Assembly: GCA_963842885.1 (NCBI GenBank)
Contig: CAWJIE010000004.1
Coordinates: forward strand, 320,001 to 384,000
Source of the DNA: an uncultured Nitrososphaerota archaeon
GTDB lineage: Archaea; Thermoproteota; Nitrososphaeria; Conexivisphaerales; DTJL01
Direction of reading: 5' to 3'
DNA: 64,000 bases
A program made the position numbers and the translations under genes. Positions 37,528 to 52,933 of this stretch are shown here, piece after piece. The stretch's first letter is position 1, and the number at the start of each line of letters is the position of its first letter. Under the pieces are notes generated by a model. The model saw only the letters and a list, made by a program, of their open reading frames with translations, did not search any database and was not told the DNA's origin.

Positions 37528-40235
37528 TTATCCCAGTACTGGCGGTAAAGCAAGAAATTCCTTTCCGCATGATAGAGCTGGAGGAACAAGTCCTCTTCCG
37601 TCACCGACTGCCTCAGGATTCTAGCAGCCGTGTCTTCGCCCACTCCATAGCAAGACATGGCTATAGCCGCTTTCCGTCCGAAGGACATGCCGAGCGAGGC
37701 CGACTTCCAAGCCTTCTTGAACCGTCTGTCTTCTTCATCTGTCAGGTGTTTCTTCTTCACCCTCTTCCCAACGACTTTCTCCGTCATGGTGTCATAGGGA
37801 GATGTTATGGCAATCATCTTGGAGCCACAGACCTTGCATCGGAACTGGTTAGGGGATTCGAATGCCTTGATTACGCTACTCCATTTACCACAGGTCAAAC
37901 AGACCAACTTAGCGTGACGCACGCTCAGACGTTCCTTCAGTTTCTCAACGGCCTTTTCCGGCCCTTCGACACCTCTATCTATAGCATCATCTACGATTTT
38001 GGAAGATAACAGTGAATACTTCTCCACGTTTACAATGTGGATCTTGATGCGACCATCTCGTATCCTCTCTAGCACGCCTTTTGCACCTATGACGTCGTAC
38101 TTCCTCTGTAAGACCTCGCTCAGGGCTTCAACATAGACGGGCGTGTTGAGATATCTCTCCATGATTACCTTTGCTGCCCTGCGATCGTATTTCGCGGTCC
38201 TGTCTAACACCCCAAACCTCTTTGCCACCTGCCATATCGTATAGTGGAAGATTCTAAAGGATGTGATTTCTGGAGTGACGACGGCTTCCAAGTCTTTCAC
38301 CTGCATTATCAAGTCTCTGAGCTTCTCTCCGCTCGTAGGTGGTTGGGAAAGGATCAGTATCCTGTACGGGTCACTAATCGACTGGGGAACTCCGCCGTAA
38401 AGCCCCTTGATCATGGCGGAGGCGACCTTCTCGAGCGTGCTATTGATTTTGGTTCCAAAGCAGGAATGTATCACAGCTCCTCCTTGTCCAACTTCAATGA
38501 CCATGTTTTCCTGATCTGGAACTACTCCCAATTCCTCCAGAATCCGACGGTGATACCTTTGCAACTCTTCATCCTTTGTTCTCGATGAACCGCTTCTTAT
38601 CCTCCCGACCATTCTTGCGGTTTCACATTCAACGGGTATCATTTCACCTGTCCAGATTGGTATAGCTCCAGCCAAGGTCTTGGTCCTCTCCACGAACACC
38701 TTGGCCTCATGATCATCTATTGAAACGATTCGCCATGGCTCGCCATGCAGTATTACCGACTGGTTCTGTTCCATGTTTTCAGCCACAAACCGTTCATCTA
38801 GGAAGCCCACTTTCTTCCTGCTCAACAACTCGACCACTTCGTACTTCTCGACTTCAGGGATCATCGAAACATTGGAGAAATAGAACTCGTAGGTCTTCCT
38901 GCCTCGCCCCCTGATTGTCGGTCCGTCCCGCCAAATCAAATAGTTCCCTGACAGAATCGTGACTACATCGTCAAACACCAGACCATCCAAGTCCTTGTAT
39001 TGGTAGACCTTTCTCAGCATAGCTAGGAAGTCGTCGCTTGAGTATCTCCCCCTTTCAATGGCGGTGCCGACGACATGATGAGCTAGAACGTCAAGCGGCT
39101 GATTCAGGGGTCCGATCTTCTCTATGCTACCTACACTAAGGCGATTGATCAACGCCAAGCTTTCTACATAGTTGTCTAGGTCCGTGCATAACACGGTTCC
39201 ATGGGCTCTATGCCCGACTTCATGGAAGCTTCTACCTATCCTTTGGGCGAGCTTAGTGACTTGGCGCGGCGAGTTGATTTGATACACATGATCGATGTCT
39301 CCGATGTCAAGACCCAACTCGAGGGAAGAAGTGGACACTACGACCCTGAGCTTCCCCTCTTTCAGCGCGCCCTCCACCTCTTCCCGAATCTCCTTCGACA
39401 AAGAGCCGTGGTGTACTCCGACGCTCAACTCATTCTTCTCTTTCATCAGCGCAGCCACAATCTCCACTTCATCCCTGGTATTAGCGAAAACCAAAGAAGC
39501 ATGATAGTCCTTGCTGCACACATCTTTCAGAACGTAGTTCGCAACAGCTCGAAAGTCACCGCTCAACAGAATCGGCTCGATTTCATACTCCCTCGGCACA
39601 GGGTCCGTGATTACAGCATGACCTCCCTTTTCGCCGAGGATGAACTTGGCAACCAAGTCAAGGTCTCCAATAGTAGCCGAGATGCCTATCCTGACGGGAG
39701 GTTTGTCAGCAAGACAAGACAGTCGTTCGAGACTTATGGCCAAGTGAGCCCCTCGCTTGTTGCTCACAAGCTCATGGACTTCATCGACCACTATCCACTC
39801 GACGGCCCTCAAGTTCTCTTTGAACCTTCTGGAAGACAGAAGGATTCCCAACGTCTCAGGTGTCGTTATCAAGAGGTCGGGAGGATTCGAAAGGGTCTTC
39901 CTCCTAGCCGACTCTGACGAGTCGCCATGCCTGACCGCCGCTTTCAATCCGACTGCTTCAGCATATTCAGTCAACCGAATCAGCAGGTCGCGGTTCAAGG
40001 CGCGCAGGGGTGTGATGTAGACCGCTCTGATTCCGGGTCTTCTACTTGAAGCAGCCATCGACACCAATATTGGAATCATCACAGCCTCCGTCTTTCCAGA
40101 CCCCGTCGGAGCCGAAATCAGGGAGTTTTTGCGCCGGACCACGACTGGCCATGCCTTTGTTTGAATTGGGGTCGGGGTGTCTATTCCCGCCTTTGACAAC
40201 AGGGTACGAAACGCGAGGTCAGCGGCCATTGTCAA
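37524..40235 (-). CDS. lhr: Lhr-family SF2 helicase
   Basis: APTGSGKT, TPLRALNRD, DEVH, SAT, SSLELGLD, QRIGRS; C-terminal Zn finger. Confidence 0.92.
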   Translation of the reverse strand: MTMAADLAFRTLLSKAGIDTPTPIQTKAWPVVVRRKNSLISAPTGSGKTEAVMIPILVSMAASSRRPGIRAVYITPLRALNRDLLIRLTEYAEAVGLKAAVRHGDSSESARRKTLSNPPDLLITTPETLGILLSSRRFKENLRAVEWIVVDEVHELVSNKRGAHLAISLERLSCLADKPPVRIGISATIGDLDLVAKFILGEKGGHAVITDPVPREYEIEPILLSGDFRAVANYVLKDVCSKDYHASLVFANTRDEVEIVAALMKEKNELSVGVHHGSLSKEIREEVEGALKEGKLRVVVSTSSLELGLDIGDIDHVYQINSPRQVTKLAQRIGRSFHEVGHRAHGTVLCTDLDNYVESLALINRLSVGSIEKIGPLNQPLDVLAHHVVGTAIERGRYSSDDFLAMLRKVYQYKDLDGLVFDDVVTILSGNYLIWRDGPTIRGRGRKTYEFYFSNVSMIPEVEKYEVVELLSRKKVGFLDERFVAENMEQNQSVILHGEPWRIVSIDDHEAKVFVERTKTLAGAIPIWTGEMIPVECETARMVGRIRSGSSRTKDEELQRYHRRILEELGVVPDQENMVIEVGQGGAVIHSCFGTKINSTLEKVASAMIKGLYGGVPQSISDPYRILILSQPPTSGEKLRDLIMQVKDLEAVVTPEITSFRIFHYTIWQVAKRFGVLDRTAKYDRRAAKVIMERYLNTPVYVEALSEVLQRKYDVIGAKGVLERIRDGRIKIHIVNVEKYSLLSSKIVDDAIDRGVEGPEKAVEKLKERLSVRHAKLVCLTCGKWSSVIKAFESPNQFRCKVCGSKMIAITSPYDTMTEKVVGKRVKKKHLTDEEDRRFKKAWKSASLGMSFGRKAAIAMSCYGVGEDTAARILRQSVTEEDLFLQLYHAERNFLLYRQYWDN

Positions 40236-40251
40236 TACGGGTCGTTCTATC

Positions 40252-40362
40252 TTATTTCTTCTTCGCGGCGTAATGCTCGTAAATGAATAAGGCTATGACG
40301 GCCGCTACAAGAATGGCGAAAGTAACCGTTCCCGCAAAAGAGTAGAAGTCAGCTGGAGCCAT
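40252..40362 (-). CDS. Putative small single-TM protein (36 aa)
   Basis: MAPADFYSFAGTVTFAILVAAVIALFIYEHYAAKKK after a TTTAATAA box. Confidence 0.35.
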   Translation of the reverse strand: MAPADFYSFAGTVTFAILVAAVIALFIYEHYAAKKK

Positions 40363-40438
40363 GGGATGTACGACATCACCCTTGACCCCTACAATTATTA
40401 AAGCTTACAACGACAAACCGCCCGGAGAAGGAGAAAGG

Positions 40439-40577
40439 TGCCGGGAGAGGGTTTCGAACCCTCGACTTCTGGTGGCTCGCGTCCACCTCCAGATTATGAG
40501 TATCGCCCTTCATAGGAGGCTGGCGCTCTAACCAGGCTGAGCTATCGGGCTTCAGGTCTGAATCCCGGCCTCCCGGC
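40439..40577 (-). tRNA. tRNA-Met(CAT), probably elongator, with three introns (~8/9, 30/31, 45/46)
   Basis: Spliced: GCCGGGATAGCTCAGCCTGGTTAGAGCG-CCAGA-CTCATAA-TCTGG-AGGTC-GAGGGTTCGAAACCCTC-TCCCGGCA; 5' end at 40569 or 40577. Confidence 0.85.
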
Positions 40578-40674
40578 AGACGTCCCTACTTAGCGACGGT
40601 ATATTTACCTTATACTCTGTCCCGATGGTTACGGTTAAAACCACCTCTGTGGTGGGGGGCATGAAGGGGAAGAA

Positions 40675-42816
40675 TTGTCCACCCTCGACGATGCTTTCAT
40701 CCGGCTCAGCGCATTCATGAACCCGTCTTCAGTAGCGGTGATCGGGGCTTCAGCTAGAGAGGAAAGCGTGGGTTACGCCGTCTTTGCCAATATATTGAAG
40801 ACCGGATTCAAGGGGATAGTGTATCCAGTGAACCTTACAACACGCTCCATCTTGTCTGTGCGTTCTTACTCTTCCATTCTGGACATTCCTGATGAGGTCG
40901 ACTTGGCGATTATATGCATTCCCAGCAAATTCGTGCCTCAGTCAGTGATTGACTGTGGTAAGAAAGGAGTCAAAGGCGTCATCGTCATCAGCGCCGGGTT
41001 CAAGGAAACTGGACCAGAAGGAGCTAAACTGGAAGAGGCTGTAAAGGAGGCCGCAAAATCGTATGACCTCCCACTAATCGGCCCCAACTGTCTAGGACTT
41101 GCTAACATGGACTCCAAAATCCAACTGAACGCGACCTTCGCCAAACGTGTTCCCAAACCTGGGAACATTGCCATTGTTTCGCAGAGCGGCGCCCTCGGCG
41201 TGGCGCTTATGGATTATGCTTCCTCGCGCAACATCGGGATTTCAAAGGTGGTGAGTCTAGGCAACAAAGCCGTCCTCAATGAACTTGATTTGCTGAAGGC
41301 TCTGGCCAACGATCCTCAGACGAAGGTGATTCTTCTCTACCTTGAAGATCTCGTCGACGGCAAGGGTTTCATAGAAACTGTCAGGACGGTCACCGATACG
41401 ATAAGGAAGCCCATCCTAGCTCTCAAGGCCGGCCGAACCGCGGCCGGAGCCAAGGCGGCATCTTCTCACACAGGGTCTCTAGCCGGCTCTGATGAAGTAT
41501 ACGATGCCATCTTCCTTCAGAGCGGTGTCTTACGTGTCGAATTCACGTCCGAGCTATTCGATTATGCCATAGCTTTCTCGAGGCAATCCATCCCCAAGAG
41601 CAACAGAGTCGGCATCATCACCAATGCTGGAGGTCCAGGCATATTGACGACGGATGCCTGTATAAGATATGGGATGTCAATCCCCACGCTGACGCCTGAA
41701 ACGATTTCTGCCTTGAGAGCATTCCTTCCGGCAGCCGCTGCCTTGAACAACCCCATCGACATAATCGGAGATGCCGACGAAGCCAGATATGAAAAGACGC
41801 TACAAATCATGATAAAGGACCCAACCATCGACTCTCTCATAGTGATAGCCACAAGACAGCTTATGACGGATACCAAGGCCATCGCAGAGGCCATAGCCAG
41901 AGCGGCCAGCCAGACCGACAAGACAATCATGGTCTCCTTCCCGGGGGCGCCGTTCGAAGATGAAGGAGCGCTCTTCTTGGAGAACAGCAACGTCCCCGTA
42001 TACCAGTTCTCCGAATCCGCTGTAAGGGCCCTGGCCATGATGCAGAAGTATGGGAGTTGGGTCGTAAGGCGCAGGACAGAGGTCAAGACATTTCACGATG
42101 TGGACAGGGAGAAAGCCGAGAGAATCATCGACTCGGTGATGAAAGATAAGAGAGAGGTGATGACCGAACTCGAAGCATACGATGTCCTCGAGGCATATAG
42201 ATTCGACGTCCCAAAACACTCTCATGCGAAGGATTTGGACCAAGCCCTCAAGGCAGCCCAGAGGATAGGCTATCCGGTCGTTCTGAAGATAGTATCACCC
42301 GATATCCTCCACAAGACGGATGTTGGAGGTGTCAAGGTCGGAATTCAGGACGCTAGCGAATTACGTCGAGCATATGAAGACATGATGAAGGCAGTGACCG
42401 CGGCCATGCCTGAGGCGCATATCTGGGGCGTCGGGGTCTATGAAATGGTCAAAGGTGGAATAGAGACAATACTGGGAGTGAAGAGAGATCCTCAGTTTGG
42501 CCCCATCATCGTATTCGGCACAGGAGGCACGGCGGTGGAATTGTACAAAGACGTGTCATTCAGACTGGCGCCAATCAGGGAACTGGGTGCCCAGAACATG
42601 ATAAACTCCACCAAGGCCAGCCAGCTTCTTGCCGGCTATCGAGGATCCAAGAAGGGCGACATCCTCAAGCTAGAGGAGAACCTCGAGAGACTGTCACAGA
42701 TGGCCTGCGAGCTTCAAGAGATAAATGAACTAGATATCAACCCGCTCGTCGTGTTCGAAGATGGAAAGGGCTGCAAAGCGCTGGACGCGAGAATACTCAT
42801 CAAGTCAGCACCATAA
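40675..42816 (+). CDS. ADP-forming acyl-CoA synthetase, fused alpha/beta
   Basis: AVIGAS, GPNCLG, SQSGA, SHTGSLAG, ATP-grasp domain with HKTDVGGV and ELDINP. Confidence 0.9.
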   Translation: MSTLDDAFIRLSAFMNPSSVAVIGASAREESVGYAVFANILKTGFKGIVYPVNLTTRSILSVRSYSSILDIPDEVDLAIICIPSKFVPQSVIDCGKKGVKGVIVISAGFKETGPEGAKLEEAVKEAAKSYDLPLIGPNCLGLANMDSKIQLNATFAKRVPKPGNIAIVSQSGALGVALMDYASSRNIGISKVVSLGNKAVLNELDLLKALANDPQTKVILLYLEDLVDGKGFIETVRTVTDTIRKPILALKAGRTAAGAKAASSHTGSLAGSDEVYDAIFLQSGVLRVEFTSELFDYAIAFSRQSIPKSNRVGIITNAGGPGILTTDACIRYGMSIPTLTPETISALRAFLPAAAALNNPIDIIGDADEARYEKTLQIMIKDPTIDSLIVIATRQLMTDTKAIAEAIARAASQTDKTIMVSFPGAPFEDEGALFLENSNVPVYQFSESAVRALAMMQKYGSWVVRRRTEVKTFHDVDREKAERIIDSVMKDKREVMTELEAYDVLEAYRFDVPKHSHAKDLDQALKAAQRIGYPVVLKIVSPDILHKTDVGGVKVGIQDASELRRAYEDMMKAVTAAMPEAHIWGVGVYEMVKGGIETILGVKRDPQFGPIIVFGTGGTAVELYKDVSFRLAPIRELGAQNMINSTKASQLLAGYRGSKKGDILKLEENLERLSQMACELQEINELDINPLVVFEDGKGCKALDARILIKSAP

Positions 42817-42844
42817 GAAAGGAGCTCTGGGCGCCCTTCCATGA

Positions 42845-43210
42845 TCATGACGGCCTTGTCTTGAAACCATCGAAGTATATCCGCTTGAAATCCTTCACCC
42901 TTCCGCCTTCCACACGGACACCTTCAGCAGCCAACAATTCAATCTTCCTTGCTACGCCGCGCCGATCACCAAAACCTCCAATGCGGCCATCTTTATGCAC
43001 GACCCTATGGCATGGAACAACAGGAGCGTAGGGGTTGACATGCATGATGCTTCCTATGGCTCGCGCAGCCTTTGGCTGTCCGACGGCAGCCGCCAGCTCC
43101 CCATAACTGGTCACCTTTCCCTTCGGAATCTGCCTTGCAAGCGAGTAAACTAGCTCAGAATCTATCTTCTGTCTTTTCAAAGCCCGTCCTTCATCATTCT
43201 CTGTGGCCAT
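42845..43210 (-). CDS. ogt: O6-alkylguanine DNA alkyltransferase
   Basis: IPKGKVTSYGELA, ARAIG, PCHRVV. Confidence 0.88.
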   Translation of the reverse strand: MATENDEGRALKRQKIDSELVYSLARQIPKGKVTSYGELAAAVGQPKAARAIGSIMHVNPYAPVVPCHRVVHKDGRIGGFGDRRGVARKIELLAAEGVRVEGGRVKDFKRIYFDGFKTRPS

Positions 43211-43239
43211 CCGTATTAAGGCATCTATTCAGCCCGTTT

Positions 43240-43698
43240 CTATTGCGTTTCTGTTTTCTTCTTCGTCTTCGTGGTCCGTGGTTTTCTAGGCTTAGTGCTC
43301 CTCACTCTCTTCGCCGCAGGCTTGGGTTCGGGAACGGCGACTGATTCCATAACCCGTGCTACTGGCGCAGTTTCGATGACAGGTTCAGGAGCAGCTGCGG
43401 GCGTGGCAATTTCAGGTTTCTCGACCACCGGCTCTGCGTTCGGCATGGAAGCGACGGGAGCCTCTATTGGTTGAATCGGTTCGGGAGCAGGTTCACGTGA
43501 TGGAGGTATAATCTCTTCTTTGATAGGCTCGGGGACCGGTTGCATAGCTGCAGCCGCCACGGGCACCGGTGTCGAAGCAGGCACAGCTCTCGCCGGTAGC
43601 GGCGCTGCCTTGGGCCTGCTTCTATATCCTAGCACCAGAGCCACTATGATTACGACCACAACCACGGCCACTATGACGACAAGTAGCCCAGAGTCCAA
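43240..43698 (-). CDS. Membrane-anchored Pro/Ala/Glu-rich protein with basic tail
   Basis: N-terminal TM helix, low-complexity linker, K/R-rich C-terminus. Confidence 0.6.
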   Translation of the reverse strand: MDSGLLVVIVAVVVVVIIVALVLGYRSRPKAAPLPARAVPASTPVPVAAAAMQPVPEPIKEEIIPPSREPAPEPIQPIEAPVASMPNAEPVVEKPEIATPAAAPEPVIETAPVARVMESVAVPEPKPAAKRVRSTKPRKPRTTKTKKKTETQ

Positions 43699-43885
43699 AT
43701 GAGCTTCGCAAGAAATTGAGGGTGGTCTTCGATATACCCCTTAGCGTCAACATCCGCTCACCAAGTGCTTGGCTAAGCTTGACAATCAGTCAAATCTCGT
43801 CTTTTCGGCCTCTTTCATTCAGATTCTATTCGCGCCCTCTCCACGAAAAGCTTTTACAACTAGCATCCTTGACGTCTAGTCCGAA

Positions 43886-43973
43886 GCGGGGGTCGCCCAG
43901 CCTGGTCAAAGGCGTGAGGCTCAGGACCTCATCTCGTAGGAGTTCGTGGGTTCGAATCCCACCCCCCGCACCA
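43886..43973 (+). tRNA. tRNA-Leu(CAG), intronless, CCA encoded
   Basis: TGAGG-CT-CAG-GA-CCTCA anticodon arm; long variable arm. Confidence 0.95.
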
Positions 43974-44069
43974 CCATTTGCACCGACAGCAATCTCTCGA
44001 ATGGTGTCGCCACACATGAGCAGCTTCCCGTTGAGCTTTTAAGAAGGGACAAACCACAATCCGCGACTA

Positions 44070-44192
44070 ATGTCGATTCAATCCGTGACGATAACCATAA
44101 TTGAAATCATAATCCTCTTCGAGGCCGCAGTGGTGGTTTATGCGATAATCAGGGGCGCAATGAAGAGGCTCCTATCTCCTCCGGACGGTTGA
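44070..44192 (+). CDS. Putative small single-TM protein (40 aa)
   Basis: MSIQSVTITIIEIIILFEAAVVVYAIIRGAMKRLLSPPDG after a TTTTAAG box. Confidence 0.35.
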   Translation: MSIQSVTITIIEIIILFEAAVVVYAIIRGAMKRLLSPPDG

Positions 44193-44418
44193 CGGAGGTC
44201 ATCCTGAAGCGAATCCCACGTCAACGGCTTAATATCTGTGGGACGTCTTTGGTTGGCTTCAGGCTCCCGGCATATATACCAGAATCAGACTTACCTTGAA
44301 GTCAAAAGGCGTCGATACGATCTGTTCTCTTTCGTCCTGGAGAAAGTGGCCTCCCGACTTGAGGCGTCATGCGATGCAACCCGCCAAACTCTATAAGCTC
44401 CTCGGTCGAACAATTTGA

Positions 44419-45675
44419 GTGACCTTGGAGAACAACGTCGTTCTTGTCCCCCTCGTATCAGTGCTCCATGATCCTGAGTCCGTCAAGGGCGTCTTGGATC
44501 ACTACACCACTTGGCTGAAGGGCTCTTACGACATGAAGCTGCGTTCGGTCTCAGAAGCCGGAGCTCTGTATTCACTTGACTTGGGACATGCCGCGGGCAT
44601 CTTGGCCTTAGTGGTCACTGGAGGCACCGAGAGGCTGATTCAATCCGCTGCCAGCTTTGGCCGCCCTCTCATGATTCTTGCGCACGAATCCATGAACAGT
44701 CTGCCGGCGGTCCTCGAGGCCCTACCCTCCCTCGACCAGTCTCACGGGACGGCAGTAGCGTTTGGCCGGAACGGCGTCGAACTCGCCAAGGTCAAACGGT
44801 TTGTAGCGGCGGCCAAAGCGCTTGACAGGATGAAGAGCCACAGGATAGGTCTTGTGGGCGGGCCGAGCTCCTGGCTGACTTACAGTCTGCCCGATGAGAA
44901 GAGCTTGGAGGGGCGTTTTGGCATGAAGGTCATGGTCATACCGATGGAGGAGTTCGATGGCGAATACAAAAGGGCACGCAAGCCCTTGGTCGCCAAGCTC
45001 GCCAAGGAAGCCCGCTCCAAGGCTCCATCGGTCGCCGAAATCAACGATGTGGATTTCGACAAGTCGGCTAGGATATTCGTCGCATTGAAGGAGCTCATAA
45101 AGAAGCACGAGTTGACATCGCTCAGCATTCGCTGCTTCGACTTTATCGGCAAATACAGGTCGACCGGCTGTTACGCCGTCTCCTTACTGAACGACCGCGG
45201 AGTGGTCGCGGGATGCGAAGGCGACATACCCGCCACCGTGGCCATGATAACTCTCTCTGAGGTAACAGGCAGCCCTACATTCTTGGCCAACCCGACATAC
45301 GTCAGGGGTCATAAGCTCGTGCTTGCCCACTGCACCATAGCGCCCAAGCTCACCACGAAATACCGGTACCGTACCCATTTCGAGTCCGGGCTTGGCGTAG
45401 CCATATCGGGCGCCCTCAAAGAGGGCGAGAGGGTCACGGTGGCCAGATACAACCGAGAATACAGCGTCCTGCGCGCGGGGGAGGGCAAGATAGTCAAGGG
45501 GGTTGCTTGGAGCGAGGAGCTGTGCCGGACCCAAGCTGAGATAGAGATGGACGGCGACGCCGAGACAATCAAAGATAATCCAATGGGAAACCACCTCGTC
45601 ATGACGTACGGGAATCATATCAATTTGTTGCGGGAATTGGCGTCGCTTGCCGGCATGCGATTCGAGGAAATCTGA
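44419..45675 (+). CDS. L-fucose isomerase-like protein
   Basis: NSLPA, IRCF, GCEGD, AHCT, THFESG, CRTQ, GNH. Confidence 0.8.
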   Translation: MTLENNVVLVPLVSVLHDPESVKGVLDHYTTWLKGSYDMKLRSVSEAGALYSLDLGHAAGILALVVTGGTERLIQSAASFGRPLMILAHESMNSLPAVLEALPSLDQSHGTAVAFGRNGVELAKVKRFVAAAKALDRMKSHRIGLVGGPSSWLTYSLPDEKSLEGRFGMKVMVIPMEEFDGEYKRARKPLVAKLAKEARSKAPSVAEINDVDFDKSARIFVALKELIKKHELTSLSIRCFDFIGKYRSTGCYAVSLLNDRGVVAGCEGDIPATVAMITLSEVTGSPTFLANPTYVRGHKLVLAHCTIAPKLTTKYRYRTHFESGLGVAISGALKEGERVTVARYNREYSVLRAGEGKIVKGVAWSEELCRTQAEIEMDGDAETIKDNPMGNHLVMTYGNHINLLRELASLAGMRFEEI

Positions 45676-45734
45676 ATCAACAGGCCATCTAGCACTCTTT
45701 AAATAAAGAGTGACGGGGCATGAGGGCTTGAGCT

Positions 45735-45862
45735 GCCGGGGTGGCGGAGTGGCTGCGGCTAAAGGCCGTCACAGAACGCGTCAGCCTCGAGATCTCAACG
45801 AAAGTGGCTAGACAGCTGATGGGCCTTCACGGCCCTCATGGGTTCAAGTCCCATCCCCGGCG
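45735..45862 (+). tRNA. tRNA-Ser(CGA) with D-loop and 37/38 introns
   Basis: Spliced arm TCAGC-CT-CGA-GA-GCTGA, long variable arm, G discriminator; D-loop BHB helix GTGG/TCAC. Confidence 0.85.
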
Positions 45863-45907
45863 CTCCTTTCTTTTTACCGGAGTGCTTTAGATTCGAAATT
45901 TGAAGCG

Positions 45908-47494
45908 CTACACTGGCACGTTCCCATGCTTGCGCAGCTGGTCCCCCACCATCCTACTGCGTCTGGGGAGGAGCGCCTCCAACGCCCTGATGAGTGTCGG
46001 CCGGGTCTGCGCAGGTTCAACAATCTGATCCACGTAGCCTTTGGAGGCTGCGTAGTATGGGTTGCCGAAACGCTTCCTGTAATCATCGACGAACGCCTTC
46101 AGCACCCTATCTCTTTCCTCCGGGGTCTTCGCCTCTGTCAACTCCTTCCTGGCCAGCACCTCTGCGGCACCTTCGGCACCCATGACGGCAATCTCAGCCG
46201 TCGGCCAAGCCGCTACGAAGTCTGCCCCCAGATGCTTGCTACTCATGGCGATATACGCTCCGCCGTAGGCCTTTCGTATCTCAAGAGTCATCTTGGGGAC
46301 CGTCGACCTGGAATAGGCGTACAATATCTTCGCCCCATGCCTTATGATGCCACCATGTTCCATCCTGGTCCCAGGCATGAACCCGGGCACGTCCACCAAC
46401 GTCACCAGAGGTATACCGAACGCGTCGCAGAACATCACAAACCTAGAGATTTTGTCCGACGCATCGATGTCTATGACGCCAGCCAACGAATTCGGCTGGT
46501 TCGCGATTACACCCACCACGTGCCCGTGAAGCCTAGCGAATCCCGTTATGGCCGACTTGGCCCATCCACGCTTGATTTCAAAGAAAGATTCCTTGTCGAA
46601 TACCTCATCAATCACGGAGTACATGTTGAATGACCTGTATGGCTCGGTGGGCACCACTGCGTTCAGCTCCAACGACACCCTGTTCGGATCGTCGCCCATG
46701 TCTAGATATGGCGGGTCCTGGAGGTTATTCTGCGGAAGGTAGCTCAGGAGCTTGCGAATTATCCTCACAGCATCAGCGTCGTTCTCCGCCACGAAATCGG
46801 CGACGCCGCTCTTGGTGAAATGAGCTTCGGCGCCTCCCAGCTTGAACTCGTCGGTGTCCTCGCCCGTGGTGGCCTTGACGACCTTGGGACCTGTAATGAA
46901 CATGAACCCGGACTTCTTCACCATGATGATGAAATCCATCAGTGCGGGAGAATAGACGGCGCCGCCTGCGCAGGGGCCCATTATGACCGCGATCTGCGGA
47001 ACGACGCCGGAGGCCCTCGTATTCATATAGAAGATATCTCCATAACCTTTCAAGGCGTCCACGCCCTCCTGTATCCTCGCCCCACCCGAATCGTTCATGA
47101 ACACCACCGGCACGCCCAGCTTGATGGCTTCATCGATGGCCTTGGCAGCTTTTGTGGCATTGATTTCGCCCAGGGATCCTCCGAGGAAGGTGAAATCCTG
47201 AGCTATGACGACCAGGTCCCGTGCGTTTGCCTTCCCAAGACCAGTCACGACACCGTCTCCAAAGGCCCTCTTCTTCTCCATGCCAAAATCGATGGAATGA
47301 TGCTCTGCGAACATGCCGAACTCAAGTAACGTGCCCGGGTCAAGAAGCATGTCAATCCTCTCTCTGGCGGTGGACTTCCCCCTCTGATGCTGCTTATCTA
47401 TCTCCTCGGTCCCTCCCCCCAGCTTAGCCTTCTCTATCATCGATTTCAGCTGGGCGAGAGGATCCTCTCTGGCCTCATCCTTCTCCATGGGCAT
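45908..47494 (-). CDS. Acyl-CoA carboxylase/decarboxylase carboxyltransferase subunit
   Basis: DSGGARIQEG, GPCAGGAVYSPA, DVPGFMPG, RKAYGGAY, KHGNVP. Confidence 0.93.
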   Translation of the reverse strand: MPMEKDEAREDPLAQLKSMIEKAKLGGGTEEIDKQHQRGKSTARERIDMLLDPGTLLEFGMFAEHHSIDFGMEKKRAFGDGVVTGLGKANARDLVVIAQDFTFLGGSLGEINATKAAKAIDEAIKLGVPVVFMNDSGGARIQEGVDALKGYGDIFYMNTRASGVVPQIAVIMGPCAGGAVYSPALMDFIIMVKKSGFMFITGPKVVKATTGEDTDEFKLGGAEAHFTKSGVADFVAENDADAVRIIRKLLSYLPQNNLQDPPYLDMGDDPNRVSLELNAVVPTEPYRSFNMYSVIDEVFDKESFFEIKRGWAKSAITGFARLHGHVVGVIANQPNSLAGVIDIDASDKISRFVMFCDAFGIPLVTLVDVPGFMPGTRMEHGGIIRHGAKILYAYSRSTVPKMTLEIRKAYGGAYIAMSSKHLGADFVAAWPTAEIAVMGAEGAAEVLARKELTEAKTPEERDRVLKAFVDDYRKRFGNPYYAASKGYVDQIVEPAQTRPTLIRALEALLPRRSRMVGDQLRKHGNVPV

Positions 47495-48048
47495 CCACCT
47501 TTGCCGCGCATCCGAGCTGTATTAATAATTTATGTATGAAGGAGCGGTGCTATTGACCAATAAATAGTGAAAGTCCTAGTCCAGTAGGAGCGCGACTAGC
47601 CGGGTCTTCGACTCAAGCAGGACGCATTAGTCATGCCGTCGGACGGTAAGGCTTTCAAGACCATCCGTCGGCGACGACCCTTACTCAGGTGTCATGCTCA
47701 CAAATTCCTCTCCTCAATCGGCGACCGTGTAATCTACGCATATGATTATTCGTTTCTTTCATCCTTCATAGTGCAAACTTTGCATGGTTTTAGGCGTGTT
47801 CTGCCTTCAACCCATCAATTTCTCTGTTTCCTTGAGAAGGCAACCCGCTAAAAGCTTATATCGCCCCCACTCATGGGCTATGTTTCGCACGTTGTAATTG
47901 GCGGCGTTGTCGCCGAGGCGGGCCTAGCCCGACTGTGAATCGACAACCTCCTGATGTGCGTACAAAATGAGGGTTCAACCCTTATAGGATTGAATCTGAG
48001 CATTTGAGTTGCGTGCTTCTCGCAATAGCCAATAGCGTCGTTCTCCCG

Positions 48049-49548
<1,500 letters not shown>

Positions 49549-49741
49549 ACGAAACAAGGAGGAGTGTACGGCGCTATTGGCTGCGAAGAAAAGCCTGCAA
49601 CTCATTTGCTCTGTTAAGATGCAACTCGGCATCAGCCATGATGTCGGGTGAAGGGCGTAGCGGAAGGCCCTCAGGGTCTGTCCGCGATTAACGCCGTGTA
49701 TAGGAACGCGCAAGCCTTAATGTATTGCTCCCGATGGGCGT

Positions 49742-52795
<3,054 letters not shown>

Positions 52796-52933
52796 CATCA
52801 TATGAGGGCGATACATAAGGGCGCAATTTTCCTATACATGGCGTTCGCCGTTCTTAACATCATTTCATATTGACCAGCCCCGAGCTTGGACGTCTCTCTT
52901 GTCTTTGCACATGACGACCCTTCGCCTAGTCCA

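Noticed and set aside
40477-40488. 12-bp match TCGCGTCCACCT between the tRNA-Met intron region and the island repeat
   Set aside because: Short enough to arise by chance in 64 kb; flanks do not extend.
43971-43976. Encoded CCACCA after tRNA-Leu(CAG) and tRNA-His
   Set aside because: Three extra bases that 3' processing would remove; no evidence of function.
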